Position numbers and translations under genes: made by a program. The notes below the pieces were generated by a model. It was not told the origin of the DNA. It saw nothing but the letters and a program-made list of their open reading frames with translations, and ran no database searches. A stretch of DNA of 63,904 nt, filler included, from Octopus bimaculoides (Eukaryota): NCBI RefSeq assembly GCF_001194135.2. It is 5 parts of 5 records of this genome, joined end to end, with 100 filler letters (N's around TTAATTAATTAA, not from the genome) between each part and the next. Parts side by side here need not be neighbours in the genome. Positions count along the whole stretch, not along the records: positions 1 to 28,540 come from NC_068987.1; 4 more parts are not named here. One strand, given 5' to 3'. Shown piece after piece: positions 1 through 10,789 of this stretch (within the stretch, counting starts at the first letter, position 1; the number at the start of each line of letters is the position of its first letter).

Positions 1-141
1 TGTTTACAACGAGGTGTTATAATCACAACAGCAAGAAAGTATGTACATGATCACCTTCTTTTACGAAACTTCATTGACGTTCATATATTTATATTGATAT
101 ACATATATATACGTGTGTTTGGGTGCGTGTGTGTATATACA

Positions 142-232
142 TCTCTATATATAAAGATGATGCGTAGTCTAGAAGGCGTTTTTAGATTTCATTATTCTCT
201 TTAACCCGGGCAACGCCGGGTATTTCTGCTAG
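142..232 (+). mobile_element. Minimal non-autonomous Helitron-like element (91 bp)
   Basis: Begins TC (TCTCTATATATAAA) after an A at 141. GC hairpin CCCGG-gcaacg-CCGGG at 205-220, ends CTAG at 229-232, followed by T. This is the A|TC...hairpin...CTRR|T Helitron signature with no TSD. Confidence 0.65.
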
Positions 233-997
233 TTTGATATATTTTGTGTTCGACCGTGTGACGCGTTTAATAAAAGGAGCCCTGTTTTTCCATTCGTCAC
301 CATTTCTCCTTTTGGGTTCGCACGGTCGTTCTTACAAGGTGTTCTTCCTTGATTGATAAACTCTGAGCGACAGCCGCAAGGAAGCTAGCTAGTAACTGGC
401 CCGTTCGATGCTTGTAACCAATGATAAACAACTATATGAAATAAAGATAGCTATGCTCAGCCAGGGAAGTCCTGAAACTAAGAACGATAACCACAAGCGT
501 TAAACAATGTCATGAATTTTTAATTATTATATTTAGTTAGTGGATTATTCTTCTTTGGTGTCGACTCGTAAAATCAACCTATAAATAATTGAGTATTCAA
601 CGTATTCGTGTGTCATATAGAATACTCTACAGTATTTGTTCCAACTCACTGCAGTTTGAGTTAATCTTCAGCTTTTTGCATTCTGACAGCAACGCTTGCG
701 ACGGCACAGTTGTATTGTGGGCCTTTACACTTCCCGCCTGAAGCAATTGTTTACAAGATGAACACCAAACGCAGCGGTCTGACAGAGTAAAGGGAAAAGA
801 AAGTTCTTTTCGTAATGGTAGTATTTATCAAATGGTTCTTCATATTTGCTGGGTCTAGTTGTCCAACTTCGGGTTACTGAAAGGTTACTGGTGTATCAGA
901 TTGTGTTCGCATTCCTGTTGGCCGGTTGCTTATTTTCTTTGCCAATTGTTTGGAGATCTTATAGAGATTTTAAATGCCCATTCTCAACAAATTTATT

Positions 998-2219
998 TTA
1001 ATATGGGGTAGGACCGCCTTTGGCAGTAATTACAGCTTGAATTCTACGAGGTATGGACTCGTTCAAAGTTTGAATTGTTTCCAAAGGGATTTTTGTCCAT
1101 TCTTCAGCTAAAACAGTCTCCGATTCTTGTAGTGATGATGGTGGAGGATATCAACTCCTAACTTGTTTTTCTAAAATGCACCATAAATGTTCAATAATAT
1201 TGAGATCTGGGGATTGTGGTGGCCAGATAAGATGTTCAACTTCATTAGAATGTTCCTCTTGCTATTCGGTAACAATTTTAGCTGTGTGATTTGGTGCACT
1301 ATCATCCTGAAAGACTGCGTTTCCCTCCGGAAACAGTTCCGCAACCATAGGATGAATTTAATCAGATAAAATGCTTAAATAGTCTTGACTATTAATTCTG
1401 CCATGAAGGGAAACCATTGGGCCAGCAGATTTCCAAGATATAGCCCCCTAGATCATCACAGATTCTTCTCCATGTTTAACAGTTGGAAAACGGCAGTCTA
1501 GGTCAAATGCTTCTTCTGGCTGTCTCCACACACATACTTGGCCAATGGTTGGAAATAAGGTAAAGGATGACTCATCCGAGAAAATAACATTCTTCCACTG
1601 CTCTAGGGATCAATTCTGAAGGTTTTTACTCCACTCTAAATGCTTTGCAACGTTTGTTTTTGAAAGTAGTGGTTTTCTGATTGCAGCCCTCCCGTGAGAT
1701 CGGGCTTTTTACAGCTCCCAGCGAACAGTTTTTGTGGAAACTAGGTTCTCAAGGTGGTCATTAAGCTCTGCAGTAATTTTGGGAGCTGCTCTTTTGTGAT
1801 CCTTTCTAACAATTTGCTTAAGAGTCTGACTGTCCCTATCTGAAAATTTTGGTTTTGTTCCGGAGTTTTATTTCGACGAGGAAGTTTTTCCCTCTTTCTC
1901 AAAGGCTGTCATTACTTTCGAGACAGTACTTCTTGATACACCAAACATTTCGGCTGTTTTCGTTACGCTAGCGCCTACCATACGAGCATCAACAATTTGA
2001 CTTCTTTGAAAGTCCGATAGATCTGTCATTTTAATGAATTTTAATTACCTTTTTCCAATGATATCTGAAAAGGAACAACAATTTTTCGCAATACATATTA
2101 AGCAACACTAATAATAAATTAAATAGCATAAAAATAAACAAGCTTTTGACAGTTTTATAGATATTTCAAAATTATGATGCTATGATGCTAGGTGTTTCCA
2201 TTATTTTTTCCAACCCCTC
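998..2219 (-). mobile_element. Degenerate Tc1-family transposon with DD36E spacing; transposase pseudogene 2029->998
   Basis: Minus strand reads MTDLSDFQRSQIV...VIFSDESSF...VFQDDSAPNHT...WPPQSPDLNIIEHLW...AKGGPTPY*, with several stops and a frameshift. One TIR (GAGGGGTTGGAAAAAATAATGGAAACACC) ends at 2219 next to TA. The second TIR was not found. Confidence 0.9.
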
Positions 2220-3569
2220 TATGTATAGCATCGTAAGTGAGCAAATCTACAAAAGATAAAATGGTTCTTGAGAATATCTACTGATTAATTAAGAAATACA
2301 CATTCCTCGATAGTAATACCAAAAACAACGCCGTATGATACACGTAATTGTAATGTCATTATACAGAAGCAAATATGGCCGACAGCTATTTTTAAAAAAC
2401 TTTTATTTCTTCTCAATTGTGACAAAAGTAAAATTAAGCTTGTGACATAGATTTGGCCAAAAAATAATAAAAAAAAAGTTTCATGTATTGTGTAATTTAG
2501 CAAATAAGCTGAAATAACGACCACGTGTGTAGCACAACAACAAACATATATGTGACAATTATAACTGTTTACCTGTGTTTTTATGCTGGGTGTAAAGACT
2601 TGTCGAAATATTTTCTTTGAACAATACATATTAAAAAAATTACTCTGGCATATGACAGCTCGGAGAAACTTAAAGACCTTCATTTTTGTTTTTTCAGACA
2701 TCTTTTTAAAATTTGCGATGTGATTTGTTTCGATATCATGGCCTGTTGAACAAGACGCAGACACTGAAATTCCGTTTGATTCGAAATAAACTGATCGTTT
2801 TCGTTTACATTGTGACTAAACGTGTACTCAATATTTATTATTATTTTAGCTCACTATTTCAAGAAAGAAAAAAAGAAAGATGGGTACAGGGACGCAAATT
2901 ACACCCACAGTTTGCAGTGGAATTTCGATATTCGAATCAAACAAATCGATGAGAGCTCTCCTCACTAAAAATGATGTGTCACCTGTTAGCTAGCAAGTTC
3001 TTTTAGATAACAGCAAAAATGTCAAAATGCATGAATGTGAGTATAAAAGCAAAAAAAATTTTCAATGAAGAAACGGTTCTCTGCCATGTTGAAAGCTACA
3101 ATTAGAATAATTTATTTGCCACTAAGAAGATTCCACTTCGCTAGATAGAAAGAAATTGATAAACTAGTGTTGCTTAGTTAAAATGGGATAACATAAGAAA
3201 TATCTTAATACACAGCGATATTAGCTTCATAAAATTACGGCGATTATTAAAGTTGGAGCACATGAATTTCAACAGAAAGAAGGTTCATTTGATGGCAAAG
3301 GAGGACGTTGTATAAGTGTATTTTGCTACAAACCGTGACCTCTGAATGCATTTCCGTGTACATAAAACAGTATATTATGTTGTCTTGTTTTTCATCTGCA
3401 TGTATAACATCAGAATATCGGTCTCTTGGAAATAGTGTGGATTCTGTGAGTGGAAAAATTTAAAAAGTGATGCCTATGAAAATAACGGCAGTCATTGTTA
3501 GTAATTTCCTGCTTATAAAGAAACTGATCACCGAAATCGCCTTCAAAGCGGTTTTGATAAAGAGTTACG

Positions 3570-4175
3570 ATGGAAATATGTATTACTGCAATTGGATTGT
3601 ACACCATATTTAGCTTCTGAGGATCTTTCATTTGATTTCATTGCCATACTAACGACAATCTCAAACGAAAATTCTAGGAATTTCCTGACACTTGTGGTTA
3701 TTAGCAAAATATGATCCCTAACGAGAGCATTTAGAACGTACAACAAGCAAATGTAAACATCTTATTTTTCTTCTGAAGTACAAAATAAACTTATAAAATA
3801 TTATTTGTCAGCAATTTATGGGGAAAAAAGTACTAAGGTATCCAGTTTGATTCAACACTAATTTAGTCCTTCGTGAAGAACTGGCCCAAGTAATTCGTTG
3901 TTGACATTAACTTCAAGAAAAGAAAAGTAGAAGTCATTTATTGGCTAAAGGAAAAGATGCTGCCAGTTCTGAGAAAATATTGAGCACAACATTAGAAGCA
4001 TATGAAGGTTTATTTAGTGAGTGTTAAGATAATACTGCTGTCATGTCAAATCATCTGTTCGGCATTCAACAAAAAGTTTTTGTTCACAAAAATCTGAAAT
4101 CTGTTTAAGATGTTGCAGCAAACATTGTTTGAAAGAAGCAGGTATTCATGCTGCAAATCAAGAATCAACAATGAA
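3570..4175 (+). mobile_element. hAT transposase remnant (ZMYM1-like group)
   Basis: Fragmented motifs in order: NENSRNFLTLV/LAKYDP, IQFDST, REELAQVIR, C*DNTAVMSNHLFGIQQK and HCL..AGIHAANQES, interrupted by stops and frameshifts. Confidence 0.72.
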
Positions 4176-5204
4176 TACCTCCCTTCCTCCCCACACCCTT
4201 TTTGTATAATTTAAATCATTTCTAATTTCTATTTTTCTCATTCGGTAACTCGGTGGGACAAATTGCAGCAGGTGATTATGCATGAAATAGAGACACTATG
4301 AAGCAAAAGAAACGGAGCAATAAAAGTTGTACAAGATAAAAAGCCAGAAGAAATTGTAAAACGGATGAATTACTGAAGCAAAATGTGGTAATCGTAATGT
4401 TTTGTGAAACATGTATCTATGTGTGAAAGTACACTCTTTTGCAAAACTTTTCTTCTCTTCCATTTTCTTATCTATTTCTTTAATACATGTTACAAATTCT
4501 TCTTCCGAGGAAGATAGCCCCGAAGAGCTGCAGTCCTCATACAACATCATTTAAACAAGCTGCCACAAAGCAGCAAAAGCAGTTCACAAAAGTGTTCAAA
4601 CGAACACTAACACAGAATTACAACACAAAATTTCAGCACAAAAATTCAACACGTCTCAACACTGAAAAAACACCAGCAGCACAACCTACCAACAACCCGA
4701 GGCGGCGCCGGCGTCCTCTCAATGATTAGTCAGAGATGACATTTAAAATGAGAATATCTGCAATAAACTCGACTGCTCTCACAAACGAGAATACCAAAAA
4801 TGGACCCGACTGCTCTTAAAAATAAAATAATCTCATTTCATCTAGGTCCTTCCATAGGACGCCCCCATAGGGGCTTCGGTTACGCATACTATAAGAGTCA
4901 CAGGGCGCTGCTCCATGTGGTCCTGCAGTTTCCATCTAACTAGGAATATTAGGGTCTCATCCATTGTCTTGTATTCAAGATCTTCTGCATGACATCCTGC
5001 TAGTTCAAAGCTAGGAATCTGATCTGTTAGGTCCTGCCTATAACCAAATTCACGCCCTGCTGCCGACGCTTCAATTTCTCCTACCCTTCGACCTGTCTGG
5101 CCTGGTAAGATCTGCCTGAAGATTTCTTTCCCTCCAGTATAGCTCTCCGGGTCAATGGAGCAGATAGGCACTTCATCGCGACAAGGTATTTGTTGAATCC
5201 TTGT

Positions 5205-5367
5205 CTGGTACTAGATCGATCCCAAAATCTTATCTGTTCGTGCTAGTAACGAGGCCAAACATCCCTGAAAGTTTCATTCGAATTCATCCAACGGTTCTTG
5301 AGATATCTTGTCTACGGACAAACAAACAAACAAACGTGACTGCAAACAATATAAGGCGGAGGTAATA
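5205..5367 (+). mobile_element. Possible 3' part of a Helentron-associated (HINE/DINE-like) non-autonomous repeat
   Basis: (ACAA)n microsatellite followed by GGCGGAGGTAATAA, the kind of 3' end seen in invertebrate HINE-type elements. Only half of the terminal palindrome is present. Confidence 0.4.
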
Positions 5368-5629
5368 AGAAAAATCTATTAACAATAATAACATAATTGA
5401 CGTTAAAAATCGTGTTCTGTGGAATCATTGTTCCAAAACGCCTAACAGATAAACTTTGAATTGTCCTGTTTAAACCTCAGTACGATTTGACCGTCTTATT
5501 TGTTAGTGATCATAATTATTGCTTAAAAAATAACTTTGTAGCTGAAAATCTGAAACGTTTAGTGATCAAACTTTGGACTGTTTTGTTTAATATCGTTATG
5601 CAGTTTTCTGTTGTCGATTCAGATGTTCA

Positions 5630-5890
5630 ACTCGCGAAGACACGTGGGTTCTTGGTTAGGGAATTCGGCACACGATCGTGAGTTCGATGCCCGGCAGCGC
5701 GTTGTGTCCTTGAGCAAGACTATTTCATATAGTTCCAGTCCACTCAACTGGCAAAAATGAGTAGTACTTGTATTTCAAAGGACTAGCCTTGTCACATTCT
5801 GTGTCAGGCTGAATCTCCTTGACAACTATGTTAAGGTTATGCATGTCTGTGGAGTGTTCAGTCACTTGCACGTTAATTTCACGAGCACGT
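5630..5890 (+). mobile_element. tRNA-derived SINE, family C, partial
   Basis: B-box-like GAGTTCGATGCC, then GTTGTGTCCTTGAGCAAGAC. The 3' part is the reverse complement of the tail of the copy at 10412-10789. Confidence 0.7.
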
Positions 5891-6080
5891 ATAATACTTT
5901 CTCCAGGCGAATACTGCAGTTTAGAAGGCTTTTAAACTTTATATCTGTTTTAAGTATGATATACAAATTGCTTCATTGAACTGATACCACCTCCGTCGCT
6001 AATAGCGAAAAGGAAATATATATATACAATGTATATAGACTTCTGTATATTATACATGTTTCACACAAGTCTATGAAGTG

Positions 6081-6172
6081 ATTTTTATCTCTGACAATTC
6101 CAGATTTTTATCTCTGACAATTCCAAATTTTTATCTCTGACAATTACAGATTTTTATCTCTGACAATTCCAC
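6081..6172. repeat. Minisatellite, 4 x 23 bp (ATTTTTATCTCTGACAATTCCAG)
   Basis: Units start at 6081, 6104, 6127 and 6150, with 0-1 mismatch each. Confidence 0.95.
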
Positions 6173-6544
6173 AGCATCATGACTTCTCACGTTGTGTATA
6201 CATTTAGTATGATATACAGATGGCAATTTAACTAAATACTGTTTTAATGGCGTACACAGAATTTTTCTACAGTTCAGCGATCTTCCATAATATCAGTGAA
6301 TGTTTTATTCAATGTGTCCTAAATAGCCAGGCACAGACTCCGTTCAAGTATATAAATATTTATCGGCCGCAGAAACCCGCGATATAAATTTACATATATT
6401 AGCCAAGATCCATCGGTTAGCATACATGCGGTCGAGCACACCGTGTCGCGACTTATGGAAAGCACCACTTTTTTTGTTTTTCATTTTCGAAAGAGCTTTC
6501 TTTTACGTTTTACTTGTTTCAGTCACCGAACTGCGACCATGGCA

Positions 6545-6957
6545 AAAATACTCATAACCCTAACCCAAACTCTAAAACCCGAGCCCTAACCCTAAAACCC
6601 TAAACCTAAAACCAGTACAAACGCACGAATGATGTCATAAATAACAGTACCACCGATAGTTGTTGTTGACAAACAACAGCATTAATTTTATTCAAGGGAA
6701 AAGATCCCATTACACCGCTAGAACGTGTTGTTTACATTCCACAGCAGTAATTGTTTTCACCTCAATAGACGTCAATGATAGGTTGAAATTACCGAAATAC
6801 GACAACTTTTAACATGAAATAACTTCGAATATAAAATTTTTTCTCTGTTCTACAAGACAAAATATACAAGTATACGAAATTCTAGAGTGTTTCGGTAGAA
6901 AACACACTAAATAAAACATAAATAAAAAGTGGCGCCTGCCAAATCAGAAAGATCCCT
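6545..6957 (+). mobile_element. Relative of the adjacent MITE carrying degenerate (CCCTAA)n
   Basis: Degenerate CCCTAA repeats at about 6555-6610. Shares GACGTCA.TGAT.GGTTGAAATTAC..AAATACGACAACTTT with 7346-7386 and ends in AAAGATCCC like the MITE right TIR. No left TIR was seen. Confidence 0.5.
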
Positions 6958-6968
6958 GGGGCATAGTC

Positions 6969-7528
6969 GGGATCTTTTTTAAAACGGGGGCCACATTTTT
7001 CATTAATGTTTTACGTAGTGTTTTTGCTACCGAAAGACTTTCAAACTTCGTATACTTATCTATTTTGTGTTATAGAACAGAAAAATATTTTTGTATTNNN
7101 NNNNNNNNNNNNNNNNNNNNNNNNNNNNNNNNNNNNNNNNNNNNNNNNNNNNNNNNNNNNNNNNNNNNAAGCGTATTTAATCTCCATACCTTCGTTTTAT
7201 TTGCTTTTTTCATTTTAAATTTGCTTTAACCCTAACCCTAACCCTAGGGTTAGGGTTAGGGTTAGAGTTAGGGTTAGGGTTAGGGTTAATTGTTTCAGAA
7301 TTGTTTGTTTATGTAGTCGGCACTTAATGTATATAGGCTGAATGGACGTCAGTGATTGGTTGAAATTACAAAAATACGACAACTTTAACATGGAATAATT
7401 TATGGATTTCTTTTTTTTTTAAGAAGACTAAGAGAAAAAGATGTTTTATATGACACATTCTACCAGTGTTCCAAGTGTCAAAGTGTTTCGTTAATGAAAA
7501 ATATGGCCCCCGTTTTAAAAAAGATCCC
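6969..7528. mobile_element. Unclassified MITE: 40-bp TIRs, 6-bp TSD, internal telomeric palindrome
   Basis: TIRs at 6969-7008 and 7489-7528 match 38/40. ATAGTC flanks both ends (6963-6968, 7529-7534). (CCCTAA)n/(TTAGGG)n at 7227-7288. Contains a short N gap. Confidence 0.85.
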
Positions 7529-7569
7529 ATAGTCGAACAAATCAACCACAGAACTTAACTTTATTTTAG

Positions 7570-7805
7570 TCTGGCATTTATTCTATCGATGAGTTTTGCT
7601 GAACAGCTAAGTTACGGGCACAAACAAACCAAGCAGTAGTGGAGGGACAAACACAACACAACACACACATATATAAGACGGGCTTCCGCATGGTTTCCGC
7701 TTATCAAATCCACTCATACAGCACTGGTCGGTCCAGGGTTATAGCAGAAGAAACCCAAGGTGCCACGCAGTAGGAAAGCAAACTTTCTAACCACACGGCC
7801 GTGCT
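7570..7805 (-). mobile_element. tRNA-derived SINE family A, degenerate
   Basis: Similar to the well-preserved copy at 36765-37140 (aaatccactca...ggtcgg...cccaaggtgccacgcagt). Confidence 0.7.
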
Positions 7806-7879
7806 TGTGTCTACACATGTGAGATGATGCAAATTTGTTGCCATAATAAACTCCACCGGTCATAATACAACGGGTGCAA

Positions 7880-8118
7880 ACGCAACAAACCTACATTAGA
7901 CTCGGCCTAGTCGTTCGAGTAATTGATTATATACGAGGCAACGAGGAGCCCAACCCAGGACTATATCACACAACGTGCTCTTTTCTAAGATGATAAGGTT
8001 TGATTTGAGGGGGATTTGACAGCTATTTCTAGCATGTCGAGAGACCACAAATTCTACAGAGTTCGCTGCATAGTCAAGTAACAGGATGGTCGCGACTGGA
8101 ATGCCTTTTGTCATAAGG
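7880..8118. mobile_element. Interspersed repeat family D (core gattt.actgctatttctagca)
   Basis: The same core motif recurs near 9550, 10150, 23615, 56185 and 57480. Confidence 0.5.
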
Positions 8119-9089
8119 TCAATGCAACATTAAGTGACTACACACTGTGCGATAGGTCTGGATGGTGTTTTTGAACAACGAATAAACAAAGGCGGATCGA
8201 AAGAAAATAGAAACAGGAACCAGAATAATAGAATAATAGAAGAGAATACAAACACGAACGTCAATAAATTTTCTGAAGAACAACAAAAAAGCTTTACATA
8301 TGTATACAATACTCAATTATGTCTACATAAATTATATGTGTATGTGTGTGTATGCAAGAAAGCTTATATAGTTTTTAATATATTAGTGATTCCATCGCAT
8401 CGTTTTTGTTTTTATGAAACAAAAAACCTGCGAAGAATTTGGTGTAGTTAGTGAATCATTCTATGCTTCCTTACAATAACTATAAAAAAAATCTCATTAA
8501 ATATCCATGTGAAACATAATAAATTGCGATTCTTTAGAAAATTGTGTTATAATGTATTCTACTATTCCGTTTTGTGTCCGTATTTTCTTTTAGTGCAGTT
8601 GTTGAAGATTAAAGGCTATATATTTTCTTAAAATAAATTTCCACTGTCTGAAAGAGGAAGGTTAATTCTTTTATAACAAGTATGCCCCAAAAATAAACGA
8701 AGTATCCAAGGTTGAAACGACGGTCGAAACAATAAAATAAACTTGACAGCTACACAACCAACACCAGACATGTCTAGTCCTCAATTAACAATGCGAAATA
8801 CAAAAAACGGTGAAAGAATATTCCGAGTTCTGGATTTTATGGATCGAACGCTTACTTTCTTTTACATAACAAAATAAATGGTCTGAGTGTGATCAACAAG
8901 ATCAACATAATGACCCATTAACAGAACAAAAGGCAACATCCAGAGCGAAGCAGAACAACCGGGTGAATAGAGAAAACCACGTGCTATGTCATGTGCAAAT
9001 GTTTTTGCCGAAGAATGTTTTGCATAGAAAGCGACAACAGATACAGTCAGATTGTATACGTCAGCCAAATTGATGGACAGCTTGACTAG

Positions 9090-9420
9090 ACAGCAGAGGT
9101 GGTTAAAAAGATAGTGGTGGTGGTAGTAGTTAAAGTTAATAGTGTTGTTGAGAGGATGGGTAATGGTGATGGAGGTGTGGTGACGGTGGTAATAATAATA
9201 ATGGGAATGATAGTGTGGTGTATAGATGGGGGTACTTGCGAGGGTGGTGACGATAGTAAATGATGGAGATGATGATGGGGGTCTGTAGTGGAGATTATTG
9301 TGCTGGTGATGGTAATTGGTAGTGTGGTGCTGAGGGCGGTGATATTGGATGGGTGGTGGTAATGACGGTGAAAACGGCAGTGGTAGTGACGGTGGATGTG
9401 GATAGTCATAGTGGCAAACC
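9090..9420. repeat. Degenerate GGT/GAT/GGTAAT low-complexity tract
   Basis: Direct reading. It explains the His- and Thr-rich ORFs 8862-9458 and 9086-9409. Confidence 0.85.
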
Positions 9421-10411
9421 CGATCGATCAGGCGAGATGTATGATTAAAGGCGTTCATTCTGGTCCTGCCCTTTCTGTCTGCAAGGTCTCTTACAGTCCA
9501 CTTTTAAGTTCACTTTTTAAGACAGGAGGATGTGATTTGAGGGAAATTTTGGTTGCTGTTTCTAACAGGGTAGCAGCGACCACGTAGAAGCTTTCTTTGT
9601 TCGTGACAACGGTGATAATAGTTGAGTTGGCAGAATAAGTTAGAATGTCGGAAAGAATGCTCTTTACATTTTTAGTTCAAATCCTGTGGAAGTCATTTTT
9701 GCTTATCAGCTTTTCGAGGTCGATTAAACTACAATACCAGTTAAGTATTGGAACTGATGGTATCAACTAATGCCCTTCCCTCAAAATTGCTGTCCTTGTG
9801 TCAATCCAGGAGAGTCCTCATTGAGGAGACCTATGATAATCAGTAATGTTCCAGTCATGACCACTTCATCTTTGTCAGGAATAGTGTATCTTACACTACA
9901 TCAGGATCTTTTCGGTTTCACACACTAGTAGTGTTAGATACACTATTCTTGACAGATTGTATGGCCATAGCTGGAATCCTTGATCTGCTCAATGGTTTCT
10001 AATTTTGGCTCTAGAACAGCAATTTTGAAGGAAGGAGATTAGACGATGCCATCGACCCCAGTACATGACTAGTACTTTATTTTATCGACCACGAAAGCAG
10101 TCCTCTTTTAAAAATACAAATAGGTACGCGTATGTATAATTTTGAGGATGATTTGACTGCTATTTTCTGAAGGGTGAGCGAGAGATATAGAGGCTCTCTC
10201 CTTTGCTATGGCGGTAGCGGTGAATTATGATGGTCATATCTTTCTCTGGATACGCACAAGTACACAAAGGCCTGTACACGCACGCACACAGTCTAAACCT
10301 ATCTGTGCCTTTAAAGAAGATAAGAGTTCCCGGTGTACCTCTTCATCATGTCTGGTGTGTTGTAGTATCTCTCATGAAGACTATAGTGTAAAATGGTTGG
10401 ATACTGTGTGT

Positions 10412-10789
10412 TGGCACTCCGTCGCTTACGACGTCGAGGGTTCCAGTTGATCCGATCAACGGAACAGCCTGCTCATGAAATTAACGTGTAAGTGGCTGAG
10501 CACTCCACAGACACGTGTACCCTTAACGTAGTTCTCGGGGATATTCAGCGTGACACAGTATGGCAAGGCTGACCCTTTGAATTACAGGTACAACAGAAAC
10601 AGGAAGAAAGAGTGAGAGAAAGTTGTGGTGGAAGAGTACAGCAGGGTTCGCAACCATCCCCTGCCGGAGCCTCGTGGAGCTTTAGGTGTTTTTCGCTCAA
10701 TAAACGCTCACAACGCTCGGTCTGGGAATCGAAACCGCGATCCTATAACCGCGAGTCCGCTGCCCTAACCACTGGGCCATTGCGCCTCC
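10412..10789 (-). mobile_element. Well-preserved tRNA-derived SINE, family C
   Basis: Minus-strand head GGAGGCGCAATGGCCCAGTGGTTAGGGCAGCGGACTC...GGTTTCGATTCCC (A and B boxes) followed by a non-tRNA body and tail, so this is a SINE rather than a tRNA gene. Confidence 0.85.

Noticed and set aside
245-500. Possible solo LTR (TG...CA, AATAAA)
   Set aside because: No TSD, no second LTR, and no clear PBS or PPT.
4842-5171. 109-aa minus ORF as an RTE C-terminus or host gene
   Set aside because: Only vague resemblance, with no diagnostic motif or splice support.
6081-6172. CRISPR-like array
   Set aside because: The repeats are contiguous with no spacers, and the context is eukaryotic.
7227-7288. 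Relic of an ancestral telomere-telomere chromosome fusion
   Set aside because: Polarity is (CCCTAA)n then (TTAGGG)n, the opposite of a fusion scar, and the tract lies inside a TIR/TSD-bounded element.
8862-9458. 198-aa His/Pro-rich ORF as a single gene
   Set aside because: The N-terminal two thirds is translation of a GGT/GAT low-complexity tract. Only the last approximately 72 codons were kept as an exon candidate.
10700-10789. tRNA gene
   Set aside because: The A/B boxes continue into a SINE body and tail shared with 5630-5890, and there is no complete acceptor stem or Pol III terminator.
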